A stretch of 64,000 bases of DNA from Piedraia hortae CBS 480.64 (Eukaryota): positions 1-64,000 of the forward strand of contig MU005960.1 in the NCBI GenBank assembly GCA_010093745.1, in the 5' to 3' direction. The position numbers were made by a program, and so were the translations under genes. A model generated the notes under the pieces. It saw only the letters and a list, made by a program, of their open reading frames with translations, ran no database searches and had not been told where the DNA came from. Below, piece by piece: positions 33,831-46,221 of the stretch. Each line of letters begins with the position of its first letter. The first letter of the stretch is position 1.

Positions 33831-34992
33831 ATGCCTTGCGATAATCCTGCTCATGACCACGTGTGGTCTGCAAACAACCCAGATCAGCGCCTGACAATCC
33901 AACGCTGCGAGCACTATTGTTCTTACTGCGACAATGGCCATTACTGGAAGTGTGCTGCGTAAGTTCTGCGCTGTAGATCTTCTTTGTACAACGAATTATT
34001 CTAAGGCAAAAATGTAGGGCTCTCCGCCGCCATGTTGCGACGAAGCACTGCAAAGAGGGTAAAACTCACCCCACCGTGTGGATGAATCCGTGGTGGAAGG
34101 AGGGGACTCCGCCGACCAGTCCCCCCCAAGGGTATGTGTAAGGATGGTCAGCCTAGAAAAAAACCAGCCCGGCGTACCACGGGCCTTGCTGTCACCCAGC
34201 AGACTGACAGCGGCGCTCAGGAAGAGGTTTCGAAGACCGCCTCTGGAGAGAACGACGGCTCTGATATGAATGTCAATGAAGGTGCCAATCCGGGCAACAA
34301 GAATCGTCAGCTTCCGACTTGTCCTGACTGTGTTTGCTACCTCGAGGACGATGTTGGTGATGCTGCTAACAATGCCGCCGCCACCAAAATCGTGGATCTG
34401 CGTTCTGCTCCCAACGATGAGGCCTCCACTTTTGCTGAGTCGCACGGGTGCCGTGATGGCGAGTGTGTGTCGGGACCATGATACCGGAAAGAACACGAAC
34501 TGCTGCAGTGAGGGAGAAGCCCTGAACGATGTAAAGACGGAAGACGCTGTGAGCGTCAAGATGGAGGAGGGAGCTGAGGACGATGAGATGGAGGAAGCGT
34601 CCGTAAGCATCAAGATGGAGAATGGATCCGTGGAAATCAAGATGGAAGACGAAGGTGATCAGACGCAGCCCACCGTTACTCATCATGAATCCGCCGTGGA
34701 CGTGAAGATGGAAGATGACGATAATCAGCCCCCGCAGACCGTCATCTCTAGCAATTCATCCGTGATGGTCGATATGAGAACGTCTCCAGGCCGCGGCCTG
34801 TCAGGATTGCTGAACGCTGCCGGCAGGTACGCTGAGCGCAACATGGCTGTAGTCGAGGGTACCTTTATGATGATGCCGCACACTGCTGCCCGCCCAGATC
34901 CCCGTGTCAATGACAATATGCGCCGCAAAGTCATGATCATGGGACCTGATGGAAAATTCGCCGAGGGTGCCTACCGTGGGCACGGGGAGTGA
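33831..34992 (+). CDS. multi-exon orphan protein with a C2H2-like finger and repeated VKME/IKME motifs (exon structure uncertain; may be a pseudogene)
   Basis: Intron 33959-34017 (GTAAGT..TAG) joins YCSYCDNGHYWKCA to ALRRHVATKH. Downstream frames 34134-34481 and 34510-34992 need further introns or frameshifts. Confidence 0.5.
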
Positions 34993-37133
34993 GGAGATTG
35001 AATCATGATGGAAAAACAAGAGGAAATCCAAAAAGACAATACCGGAATAGACAAGCCTCAAACTAGCAGTAGTTTGTCGTTAATGAGTTGTCTTCTCCAT
35101 GTGGGATTGCTTCTTTGTTATGTTCCATTGCCGAAAATTGTAGGCGGGCTCTGTGCTCGAAGTTTCTTGCGTTGTTTGTCTGCGTCTTCGTTTCACAACT
35201 TAAGCAATATGCAAGCATCATAACAAGACAAAAGGCAGAGCGCTCCCAAAACTACTTTACTGCCCGATGATACAAGTATTATGTGATCCTTCAGACGAAT
35301 GGGCCGGAACGTGCCCATGCGGAAAGGATGAGCCTACACAGAACGGACCAAATGCCAGAGCGGATATAGAATGGGTGACTTTGAGGCGACCTTAAGTCAC
35401 CAAATATTCTACTCGTGAAAGTGGAGGGTTTCCAAACCCGTCCAGAGCCTTCCGTAACGGCAAAGTGCATCCATCATGCCAATACAACTTAAATAAATTC
35501 AGAGCCTGAGCCGGTCGTTTCAGTTCCAGTTGCCTGGTGCCCTTTGAATAATAATGCACATCGTTCGGCGCTAGTAAGGCCGGCTAGACGCGGATAACCT
35601 CTTGTTTGTCATGAAGTTATCGTATAAAGTCAAGCTAGTTCCCCTAATGGACTTGAGGTTTTGATTGGGGTTTCCATCCATGTCTCTTAAGCATTCAAAT
35701 GCCTTCCATAACGATTTAGGATGCTGAGAGTTATCGTTTTTCCCTCACGAATGGACCACTGCAAACTATCATCGGCTGTGTGGCTTATATCACCAGTCGG
35801 CTTCTACATTCGCATCTGATTGAAGATCTCTCACTTGCAATTTAATGAAGACTCGATTACACCCAAGTGTTCGTCAAATGATGTAATCAAGCCTTGGAGG
35901 GCGCGTTTGTTCGACCTATGCTCCAGCGAAACTCTGGTTGTTAAGATTGGTTCTCGAGGCTCAGCCAATCAAATTTCGCTTTCAAAAAGAGGTCTGGAGC
36001 TGCTTCCAATGAGGATTAGTATGACTTTTTGCGCACTCATAGTCTTCGAACTTCATCACAGTTACATCAGATTATGACTGTTAAGGTTGTTATGTGCATA
36101 GCCTTCCAAAGTCACTTTTTCATACAATCGATAACCTAGTTTGAACAAATAGCTGCTGATTTAGGAATTCAGAGAGAGCCCAAGAATTCTACGATTCAGT
36201 TCTAATGAGAAAGTTACCCCCGGGAAAAGATATGGTTCCGAGAGCGTAAGCGCACGGACCAGCGCGCCTATGCACATACGGTGATACTTTTAGTGGCCTT
36301 ATTCAGACAATGCCTAGTTACGCGGTGGGTTTTTTACTGCCAAGATCAAGTCTGCCTCTCAAAGAAGGCAAGTCTTAGTGAGTTGTTCCCGAATCAGCAT
36401 GTAGAGTCGTATACAGCTCGTAAATTACTTCAGAACACCAAAATCAGATGCTAAACTTCGGAGAAAGTTACGACTTTGCCACCTGATATAACGTCGGCCT
36501 TACATTCATGACCTGGCGAGTGCGCTCCCAATGACAAATGTCATGGGATTTTCATATTCGTGACGTCACAAATTCGTTCCCAATGACAGCTGTCATGGAG
36601 CGGTCATTTTGTCTGCCAACCCAAAATGAAAAAAGTAACTTGGAACACGGACAAGGCTCCATGGAATCTGGTGTTGAGTATATCCTGCCCGATGTTCGAA
36701 AGTTATAGCTCTTGTTAGCTCCAAAGTTGAACCGAAGCCCCGTCGGCAAGCCACCGCTTGCCTAAATACTCAGAAGTTTCCCACGTCGAGAACTATGTTC
36801 CTCATTGCTCATGCTCCCGTATTGTGTGCTCATCCGTGCACATCGTGCTACTGTTGGCGGCCCCTTATGATGTGGGTTTTATGAATGCGGTAAGACCTTG
36901 GTTAGCGTTGAATGATGTTCCGCTCTTCGCATCACCTGACTTGAGGAACCACTACGCACACATGGACATCTACACGCACCTTTGTCAGTGTCAAGTAATC
37001 TGACCTCCGACAGCTGCACATCGATTGCGATATATATACGCGATCAATCGATTGGCCCGAAGCACTCAGCAGGTCAGATTGCATTCACCCTAGGAAACAA
37101 ACATGGGATGATTTTTCACGCTCAAATGATATC

Positions 37134-37493
37134 TGTTGGATTCAAGCATCGCCGCTAGCGCGTATGCAGGGCACTTGCATAGCAAGTCAGCGATACCTCC
37201 TACACTACCGGCTGCACCCTAGGTTTTTCCCTCATAGAGGTTTTCCCTCAGGGTCATGTCATATGTGACATGGTGAATACGTCCCGCTAGTGTACGACGT
37301 GACGTCACCGGCCCACCGGAACAGAATTTTCATTCTGAACGTCCCCTTATTGAATATAGTCATTCACACTACCATACTGCAACTGGTATTTTGACTTACA
37401 TACATCTACATCTTTCCTGTCCCTGATTCCGTCTATCGCTCCGCCCTCTTCGGGTCGCTGTGCACTCTCACCCACGAGAGCTAAATATCTACA
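37134..37493 (+). mobile_element. solo LTR, family A2 (360 bp), TSD ATATC
   Basis: TG...CA ends with ATATC at 37129-37133 and 37494-37498. Copies at 57609-58040 and 58398-58904. Confidence 0.92.
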
Positions 37494-39162
37494 ATATCTA
37501 GGATACTGGGAGACGGTCTGCTATCAGGCCGTGAAACCACCAGTGCACCTAACGGAAAAATGGCGCAGAGACCTCAACGAGCAAATAACACAAAACTATA
37601 ATGCCCATCTGCGGGAGCCGCCAGGCCTATAAATTACAGACTCTCACAAAGGATGCCCAACCCCGATAAAGCCACTGCTCCAGGCAGGTATTGCTCCAAG
37701 GAACTAGCAATGCTGCCCAGAGAGACAGTGCTGTCAGACGTGATAGGCTCTCGCTAATGTAATATAAGACACGTGATATCTCAGCCCATTCATAAACCCT
37801 GGTATATTCACCAGCTCAACACTATTCCAAAAGTGGGAACCCTTTCTCGAGAGTTCCAGTATTCCATACCCATATATGCATTGTTTCACATATGGTACTA
37901 CCGTTCCGTCGTCGATATGATGTACTGTTCAAAAACTTTTAAGCGTGTTTGTGCTCCAATTCACACCATAACGCAATTGTACCGTGTCTGGACCGTAAAT
38001 GCATGTTTGTACCGCACCGCGAGAACAACCGCACATAAGCAGTGCGTTCAAATAGCAAGGTGTTTCAAGATAGACCGTTGATAGAGAGTTCCAAGGTTTC
38101 CATGAACCGTACGATGATATTACGTGAATCGTGTGTTGGAAACGCAATTGCGCCATAGATTTTTGATGCTGCGTTCCATAGTTGAGTCTGAAGTGTTGTT
38201 TGTCCACTTTTTCTAGATATCATCCACTCATAACATAGCACACGTCGCACTCCTGATCTTAGCCAAAAATTCAGCGTCCCTTACACAGCCAACATCCCCG
38301 CACTGGCTGCCAGTCTAGGCCGACAAACCATTGGTGGCCAGAATCTGCGGGATTACCCGAGCTCTGGTGGTCACTGATCACCAACTTCTCGATCGCCATT
38401 GGTCGCCAGCCTGGTGAATAACAGCAACAAGGCCAGCTGCCATGCTGCTATCGTAGAAGTAACTTGTATGTATCCTTCTCGGTTCAAGCTGGCCGCCACT
38501 GTCAGCCGGACTAGTCGTCAACAATCTTCATATTGTATACTACCCATCAAATACTGGCATGAAAGGCCGACGATCTGGCTGTCAATTGCCACCAGACTGG
38601 TCACAGTTGGCTGTATCTGTTCGAGACACGCGACGGATGACTTTGAAGGCAAGAACCTGCATCTGCATTAGGCGCCTTCAATGGCTGAGCTATGCACAAT
38701 GAAGTGAATGCAAGTCTATCTATGATATCGCATCATATGAAAACCTAAGGGCTCGAAGCATCATGTGTAGCGTGCGACCACTTGTCTCCTTCCATGTCCT
38801 CGCACTCAGTACGATACGCGTTGGGCCCAGTTGTTCTTTTGCATTCACTGTTGCAGAAAGGCTGGACGTTGAGGATTTATCGAAGGCTGCTGGCGGCTAC
38901 CGATTGGTACCGCCCGCTCGAAGCCAGCAATTCGAATCCTTCGCCGTAGCAAAACTCTTATGCCGCATACTGTGGCTGTGTGCGCATGAACTCTTCGAGC
39001 AGAATGATTCGTCCATCTTCCTCGTTCGCCCGCGACAAGAAGTTGACTCGGAAAATTGCGTTGCTGCCTTTGCATTGGACGAATAACCCCAGTGTGCAGG
39101 CATGTTGGCCATGCAGGTGTGAACAAAGAGTGTAGGATCCTTCTCGGTATCCAAAGGAGTAT

Positions 39163-39461
39163 CGTCGGAGGGGTGAACCTCTGAGGTCTAAAGCGGAGCG
39201 TAGATCAAAGACAAATGTGTGCACTCAACTTTGACCAAAAGGAGGATGTAGATATCTATCTCTATGTGAGATGAGGTTCGAAACCTTCTCCGCATTACCT
39301 CAGTCTCATTCGCCAGGACAACGTCAGCGAACCATGCCATTAAGCATGAACGAGACAATGACCCGTCTCAAGGAAGTCTTCCTTTATTGAGCTAAAAACC
39401 CTGAGAAGTTTCAACTTCTATCTAGGGTTCTTGTCATGGTAGGTGCCACATCCTCCTGACA
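39163..39461 (-). mobile_element. solo LTR, family D (inverted), degenerate TSD AGTAT/AGGAT
   Basis: Reverse complement aligns to 32658-32961. Confidence 0.88.
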
Positions 39462-39582
39462 AGGATGTTCTAGCCAAGGAAAGGTGAGAGATGGTAGTAG
39501 CGCTGGCGGCTGACGCGGGCATGCACTCCCGACAGGGCAACTTCTCAGGCAGTCCAATCCAGCCGAGAACCAATTGCCAGTT

Positions 39583-40278
39583 CTAAAGTTCTACCAGTTC
39601 ATTGGCCGTATGTGTTACTGACGTTCCATTGGTAGTCCAGAGGTCTCCCATTGCCATGTGCTGTAAACCATAGATCGGCTTTGTTCTGTTGGCCACATCT
39701 CGAGGGATGGTGAAGCGGTTTATATGTTCAACCTGCATCCTGACTTGTTGTCGCTTTCCTGGACCTCGGCGCTCGCCCCAATGATAGGTCTGAACAGCCT
39801 CGCCCATGTCGTCACATGCAAGAGGTGGTGCAGCTTCGTTTGGCGTCTGATCAAGTCGAAGTCCCGGAGTTCACTCCAGACCTTGACCAGCTCCTCGCTT
39901 CTCTCGCAGACTTGGTTAGACCAGGCTGCCAAGTTTTCAATCTTGGTCTCGTGGATCAGCATGGTCTAGTCGGCGGCGGTGCACCAGAGGTGAACGAGCT
40001 TCCGCTGCCCGCCTGTCAAGCCATCTTTGGAGGCGAAGAAAGGCATCAAGGCTGCTGGGAATACCTGGATGAAACTTTTATAGTCCCCTCTAGTGAAGGG
40101 CTTGTTCCGGTTCATCAGCTTCTTGTATGTCGGGAAGCTCTCTAACCCGTCACGAGTTTTGGCAGTAGCGCACGACGCAAAGCCTTCTACATCCCTGCCA
40201 AACTCGGCATCATCCAGCATATCAACCCACAGGCACTTGAAGTACCCGAGAGGCGAACCATGCAGGGGCTTGAATTTC
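39583..40278 (-). pseudogene. CACTA/EnSpm (Plavaka-like) transposase fragment
   Basis: PLHGSPLGYFKCLW...KLHHLLHV..WARLFRP....AEVQESDNK.VR....HINR..IPRDVA resembles the LH...LG..KY.W / K.H.L.H....RRFGP....TE..ES.N pattern of fungal CACTA-like transposases. Contains a stop and a frameshift. Confidence 0.6.
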
Positions 40279-41085
40279 AAGGCAATTAAAAATCCCAATT
40301 GGGAGCTGGAGTCCTGGTTATTGGAAAATGCTCCATCCGGAAACACCATCAACTTGGATTCGCGAGGTCTAGAGGAAAATAGGAGGGCCAGTGGCTTGCA
40401 TTGTCAATCTGCCATGATAGGCGCTTATTCAGGTACTTTATGTCATCGTCGCTCGGGTCTGCAATCTGGGCAGCTCTTGATAGGCCGAGCGACGCCTCGG
40501 GCTGACATAATGATGCTGTGGAGCTTCCTCTGGCCATTTCCTGCATGTACTGCTGCTTTCTATCCTTGTCCGAAAGGTTGATCAACTTGAGTTTCGTTGC
40601 ATACAGCTATTGAGCAACTATGATATTTACAACTATGATATTTTCCCCTCGGCACATGATGGTCATGCCATTGCACTGAAGTGAGGTGCTTGGGTTCAAG
40701 GCCTTCTGTTCCTTAGCGCGGAATCCCGCGTCTTTCAACTCATTGTCTTCTTTTGCCGGGAATTTCGGCGTCGCTAGCATGAATGTATCATCCGCCTGCA
40801 GCGCAACCAGCCCGAAGTCTTCGCCTTCGTCTGCAGCGATCAGCAAACACGAATCGTATGTCGAAGTTCGCATCGGCAATTTATTGACGTGGTGCAAATG
40901 GTAAGTTTGATACTAATGAGTCCCGGCTTCAGCTATGCCGTAGAGTGGCCGGATCACCCGAATGATGGTCTTCAAAGGATAGTGGTCCTCGATCTCTTTG
41001 GGGAGCTCAGTCAGGATTTCCCTTAACAGCTTTGACTTTGATTGGACGTATGCTTGAGATACGTCACGCAATTCCACTGTCGTGC
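40279..41085 (-). mobile_element. Ty1/Copia reverse transcriptase to RNase H relic
   Basis: RDVSQAYVQS, PLYGIAEAGTH, STYDSCLL, LQADDTF (YVDD-equivalent) and FPDGAFSNNQD..SQLG (RNase H start). Multiple stops and frameshifts. Confidence 0.88.
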
Positions 41086-42369
41086 CAAGCCTCAAGAGTG
41101 AAAGGGACAGCGCAAACAGCAGACGTTTGGAGGACTGCCGGAGGAGAGGTGGTGCTGCCTAGTTTATATTGGAGAATGTCCAAAGCTCTTCGGAACGGGG
41201 CATGGTATCTTTCAACTTTTCCCACTGACCAGTGGGCCTAGATACGCCGACAAGCAGACCACCTCACGGGGGTAGCCAAAGTGCACACATGGATGCGTGC
41301 AAAACCCCTCCCATAATTGAGAACTCCACATCTACCCACTTCACTACACGCTTTACCAGCCGCAAACGTAGCATCAGTTGATGTACTACGGCCGTCCCTC
41401 TGATCAGGCGGGAGAGCTACATCACCGACTACATCACCAATTCGGCTGGCAAAATCGAGATACTTACCTCCGATGACCGCTACTTCCGATCGCATGGTAC
41501 TGCTTCTTTGCGGAGGGTGAAGGATTGAACAAGACTTCTGCACTATGACGCCCTTTACAGTCAACATCACCTCAAGGGTATTGCCACGTTAGTCTTTCCA
41601 CGAAGTGCTTCAGAGATCGTCACCAACGGACGCACTGTCCGCGCTGTTATCACTGCGGGCTTCGACAAAATGCCCCTCCATGACTTCTTTCTGCCCGAAG
41701 AGTAATGTCTCCACAACCTAGTTGCGCATTCTTGAAGCAATTCACGACCCTGCCAACATCAAAAACGAGCTGCCCAATGGGCAAAATTGCTCCAAGAATG
41801 TCGAACAAGCCAAAGATATCATAATCGACGGCCGAAGCCATCCATCCGGTGCCCTTCCCTTTTCTTAGTTAAGTTCATCGACCCTTCTTCAAGGGCCTGG
41901 ATATATGTAAGGGCTTGCATAAACTACATTCCCTTCAGTGGTTCCAATTCCGATACGTTGCGATACGAGCTTGCTACCAATGGCAATGGCATCAAGACAA
42001 TGAGTATTGTCACCGAATACAATCGCATCCATGCTTTGTGTCAGGCGCGAAGTCTTCAGAAGCTGCTGCAGACGAGCCACAAGCGAGGAGAAAGAAGCGC
42101 CGGCACGAGAAGCAACCCACTAGTTGGATATTGGTATATAGTTGGAGGCTGAACTCAATCGTTAGAGTTCGTGAAGCATCATGTGAAACTGCTCAACTAG
42201 TAGACCAGGAGACATGGACGGTGGGGAGGGGATTGAGAAGGTACAGAGAGAGTTGGGGGCATCAATAGGTAGGCTTTAGAGAAAAAATCGAATCATACGC
42301 AACTCATCAACTCAGATCATGCGAGCGTTCATTTACTTCAAAAACTTCAGAAATTTAGAGAAAAGGAAA

Positions 42370-44139
42370 TCAATGCTTCCTCTTCGGTAACGCCGGCGCA
42401 CCTGCTGCCCAAAGCATAAACGAGCTTGGCTTTTTCCCCCCGGAAGAGGAATGGTGCCTCTTTTTCTCCGCTGGTGGGGTAAGAATAGGCGGAGATACCG
42501 CTGCCGGCGCAGGTGCCGGTGCATCAGCGGGAGGAAAGAGAATGGGTACGACGGGAGGTGGAGGCGGAGGTTGAGCAGGGGCGGCATGATGTCTTTTCCC
42601 GTGAGATTTTTTCCTGTGGGGATGTTCGGCTGGAGGTGGAGGAGGCGCGACGGGTTCGGCTGCAGGCGCAGGGGCCGGGGCCGGGGCTGGGGGATCTGGT
42701 TTAGGCTTCTCTTTTGGAGGCGGCCAGAGACGCATTTCGATGTTCCAGCCGGGCTTGACGGAATATTCCCAGATTTGGGGCAAGATGTTCTCGCCATCGG
42801 GCCCAATGAGATCGTACTGGTGATTCTTGACTTGGTCGCTCACGCCATCGATGTGCAAAAAGGCTTGCTGGATGAGCTCGTCCACTCCCTTCCACGTCTT
42901 GCAGTGTTTCCAGGGAAACTTAAACTTGCGGCTGATTGCGTCTGTAAATTGGATGGGTGGCTGGGCGTCGTCGGGTGGTGGCTTGTTCTTTTCAGCTTCC
43001 GCCTCGATTTCTTTTTGCTTCTTCACCAGTTCCTCGTTCGCCTTTTTTTGTTCAGCGAGTTCCTTCTCCTGCTCTTCGTGCGCCTTCTTGGCCTCTTTTG
43101 CGGCTTCTTGTTTTGCTTTGGCGGCCGCTGCCGCGGCCGCTTCCGCTACTTCTGCTTTATGCTTCGCCGCCTCCTCTTCCCTAGCTTTGACCGCTGCGTT
43201 TGCCGCCGCCGCCTCTTTAGCTTCTTTTACCCGTTGCGCCTCCTGTTTGGTACGGGCTTCTTCCTGCTCTATAAGCAACTTTTTCAACGCCTCGAGCTCC
43301 TTGCTCGGTTTCTCATCGGCAACGACAGTCGGCTCCTTTGGCTCTTCTTTTGGTGGCGGTGCTGCTGCAGGCATAGCCTGGGGAGGGTACCATGCCGCGG
43401 ATTGCACTGGATATGGATATGATGAAGGCATCGGCTGCTGAGGTGCATATACCATATCAGTATAGCCAGGAGGATTCATATAACTGCCCGCTCGTGGCGG
43501 CACATGGCGAGTAGATGGTGGGTAACCCCCATATTGAGGAGCATGATAAGGAGAGGCGGTATAGCCATTTTGAGCAGCGAAGCCATATGAACCTCCATAG
43601 CCGGTAATGAATGGGTTCTGGCCCACATTGAAGCCGTCATGTGACGTTGACACGAGAGCCTGTGCGGGTTGCGGGAACTCATATCCATAGCCCGCGGGTT
43701 GTTGGTGCGTTCGCGGAGGAACAGGAGCACCGGCAAATGGCTGCTGGCCATGCGGGTCCTCGTAGTAGCTGGACGCCAGATCGCTGGTGGACGGGTCAGA
43801 CGGAACCCGCACAGGTTCCTCTGACCGCAGCGGGCTATTAAAAATTTTCCTACGCGGCTCGGTGCGTCCCGCGGCTTGGCGGGTGCGCGTCTGAAAGGTG
43901 CGCGGTGCGCGCTGACTCGCCTGGGGTGGGAGTTCGGGCACGGGCGGGAAGCGGTTTGGACGCGACACCGACTCCGATGGGTCTAAGTCGTCCTCGCAAG
44001 ACAAGTGCACAAAACTCCCAGAGCTGGACGTGAAGCTCGTCAAGCTTTCGTAGGACGGTTGGCGGTGGCTGCTTGCGTGCGGCCGTCAGCAACACGATAG
44101 AGACCTACCGAGGAATGGGAAAAGGCAAACTCACGGCAT
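42370..44139 (-). CDS. Pro-rich/coiled-coil protein with a fungal ubiquitin-like domain; exons 44139-44135 and 44068-42370
   Basis: PIQFTDAISRKFKFPW..CKTW...LIQQAF...YDLIGPDGENILPQIWE motif. Intron GTGAGT..GCTGAC..CAG (44134-44069) links ATG CC to the long frame. Confidence 0.85.
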
Positions 44140-44360
44140 GAAGACTGTGAGAAGCGAGAGAGGGGGACGACCAGCCAAGGCTGATACCGTATTTGCCTCA
44201 GGCTTGATGCACTGCTGCCTGAGGCGTGTCACCCTAGCAACCCGGGATGTGACATGTGGCACAACAGGGATCAGGCGGGGCAGTGCGCCAAGCCTTACAG
44301 AATCAATGCTAGGTGTGAGAGATATTGTGCGAGATATGTGTGAGAGTGTGAAAGGAATTA

Positions 44361-45635
44361 TTATTCAGTGTACACGTCGATACAGTCCTCATCCTCCAAC
44401 TCCGTTTCACCAACTATGCTGTTCGGATTGAGTGCCTCCCCGTCTGCCTCCAATATCAGAGTCTGCTCTTCAGGTACGTTAAAGTGCTGTCTGGTAACGT
44501 CGATAATCTTGGAAATCTTGGTCACGGGTCGTACGCGCAGTTTGTACGGCTCACGCACCGTTTTGAACCGCAGGCTAATGCGGAAGTTGTTTCCCGCTTC
44601 CGGATCTGGTTCAGGCTCACCTTCGGGCTCTTCCTGCGTTGGGCGCGGCTTGAGGCTTTCTCTTTGCAGCTCTTCAAAGATCTCCTGCGTTACCGCCCTT
44701 AGTGCGATCTGACCCACTTCCCCGTCGTCTCTGCCTTTCATCCTGAGTTCACCATTCTGGCCAACTTCCAGCCCAAGATTGCGACAGGTTGTGATGTCGT
44801 GCACTCTACGCATCCCATGTATAAGGAATATCTCGTTGAAACCCACACGTAGACATGCTTGTCGTTTGCACCATGCCAAACGCACTTCCTGTAAGTTTTG
44901 CGTAACTTTGCGTGTCACAATGATTGGTTTTGTGCCTTCTATCGGGGACGAGATGAGCAGGGACACGGTTGGCACAGTATCTCGCCGGGACGCATCAGGC
45001 GTTTGCGACGTTGCCACTGATCGCCTCATACGGGCCCTCCGCGCCAGGGCAGCAATATCTGGGTCAGAGTCGGAGTCTGACTGCGGAACCTTGGGCTCTT
45101 CTACTTTTGGCTTCGCGTGAATAACAGGCAGCGGAGGTGGCACCTTCCGCACAGGCGAGCTGCTTCTATCGGAAGGCCGCTCTGGTGCAGCCTTGGGCGC
45201 AATTGGCTTATATGTTGTGTGTGCCCGGAGAACTGGCTTGGGTAAAGACTCCGCTCCGTTCGGCGTTATTCGTCTTCTCTTGGTCCCATCTCTCTGGACC
45301 TTTTGAACTTGAGCAACAATTTGAATGTCATCATCATCGCTCTCCACCACCGTGGTCACCGTCTGAGTTTTACCTGGAGTTTGCGATGCCACGCCGTTCT
45401 GAGCAACATGGCGATCAAACGCCTCCAATGGCGGCATAACGTCGCCTTCCGGCGTGGGCGGCTGCGGCGTTACTTTTTTCTCTCCGTTCTGCATTGCTTT
45501 TTCCTTGTCGCGCTCGCGCTTTTTCCTATGTTCTTCTGCTATAATCTCGGCGTATGTTGTGGAGTGGCTGAAGATGTTTTCGCGTGTAGGGGTGGAGCTA
45601 TTTTTTGCCCAGTCCGGTCGTTTGAACAGCGACAT
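44361..45635 (-). CDS. Esc2/Rad60-like tandem SUMO-like domain protein
   Basis: Starts MSLFKRPDWA, has acidic SIM-like DDDDIQIV, and ends in a SUMO-like domain (DGEALNP...ETELEDEDCIDVY). Confidence 0.85.
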   Translation of the reverse strand: MSLFKRPDWAKNSSTPTRENIFSHSTTYAEIIAEEHRKKRERDKEKAMQNGEKKVTPQPPTPEGDVMPPLEAFDRHVAQNGVASQTPGKTQTVTTVVESDDDDIQIVAQVQKVQRDGTKRRRITPNGAESLPKPVLRAHTTYKPIAPKAAPERPSDRSSSPVRKVPPPLPVIHAKPKVEEPKVPQSDSDSDPDIAALARRARMRRSVATSQTPDASRRDTVPTVSLLISSPIEGTKPIIVTRKVTQNLQEVRLAWCKRQACLRVGFNEIFLIHGMRRVHDITTCRNLGLEVGQNGELRMKGRDDGEVGQIALRAVTQEIFEELQRESLKPRPTQEEPEGEPEPDPEAGNNFRISLRFKTVREPYKLRVRPVTKISKIIDVTRQHFNVPEEQTLILEADGEALNPNSIVGETELEDEDCIDVYTE

Positions 45636-45818
45636 GACGACAGCAACTTTCCAGAAGCGATTCAAAAGCAATTTAGGGCGACCAATGTCCTTTTCACAAC
45701 CATGCCGCCTGTCGCGGAGTCGACAACGGGGCGGAAGCCTTCCGCACTGGAGCTTCCCGCCCCACTGTGGGGAACTGACAGATGCACAACTGCCCGAACT
45801 CGAACTACAATCCACAAC

Positions 45819-46165
45819 ATGAGCCCAACGGACGAAAAGTCATCGGATCCTACCGGGTTTCTGAATGAAGCTATTGGAACCGCGGTGACGATCAAACTGA
45901 ACTCAGGGGTTGTCTATAAAGGTAATGGTTTGTTCAGCGCTGCATTGAAAGTTTGTTCATCCGAGTTGTCCAGGTGAACTCCAATCCGTTGATGGTTACA
46001 TGAACATTGCGCTGGAGAAGACAAGGGAGTTTGTAGATGGCAAGATGCGGAGAGAATACGGAGATGCCTTTGTCAGGGGCAATAACGGTAAATACAGGCC
46101 CGCCTCTGCGCTGTGTAAACTGCTGACCGAATGTTGCAGTCATGTACATATCTGCCGATACCTAA
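45819..46165 (+). CDS. LSM6: U6 snRNA-associated Sm-like protein LSm6; exons 45819-45921, 45974-46087 and 46140-46165
   Basis: Spliced product DPTGFLNEAIGTAVTIKLNSGVVYKGELQSVDGYMNIALE...YGDAFVRGNNVMYIS. Confidence 0.93.
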
Positions 46166-46221
46166 GTGCTGAGTGTATCGAACAGGCAGATTCTATGAAG
46201 CGTATATTAATGGTAATGAGG

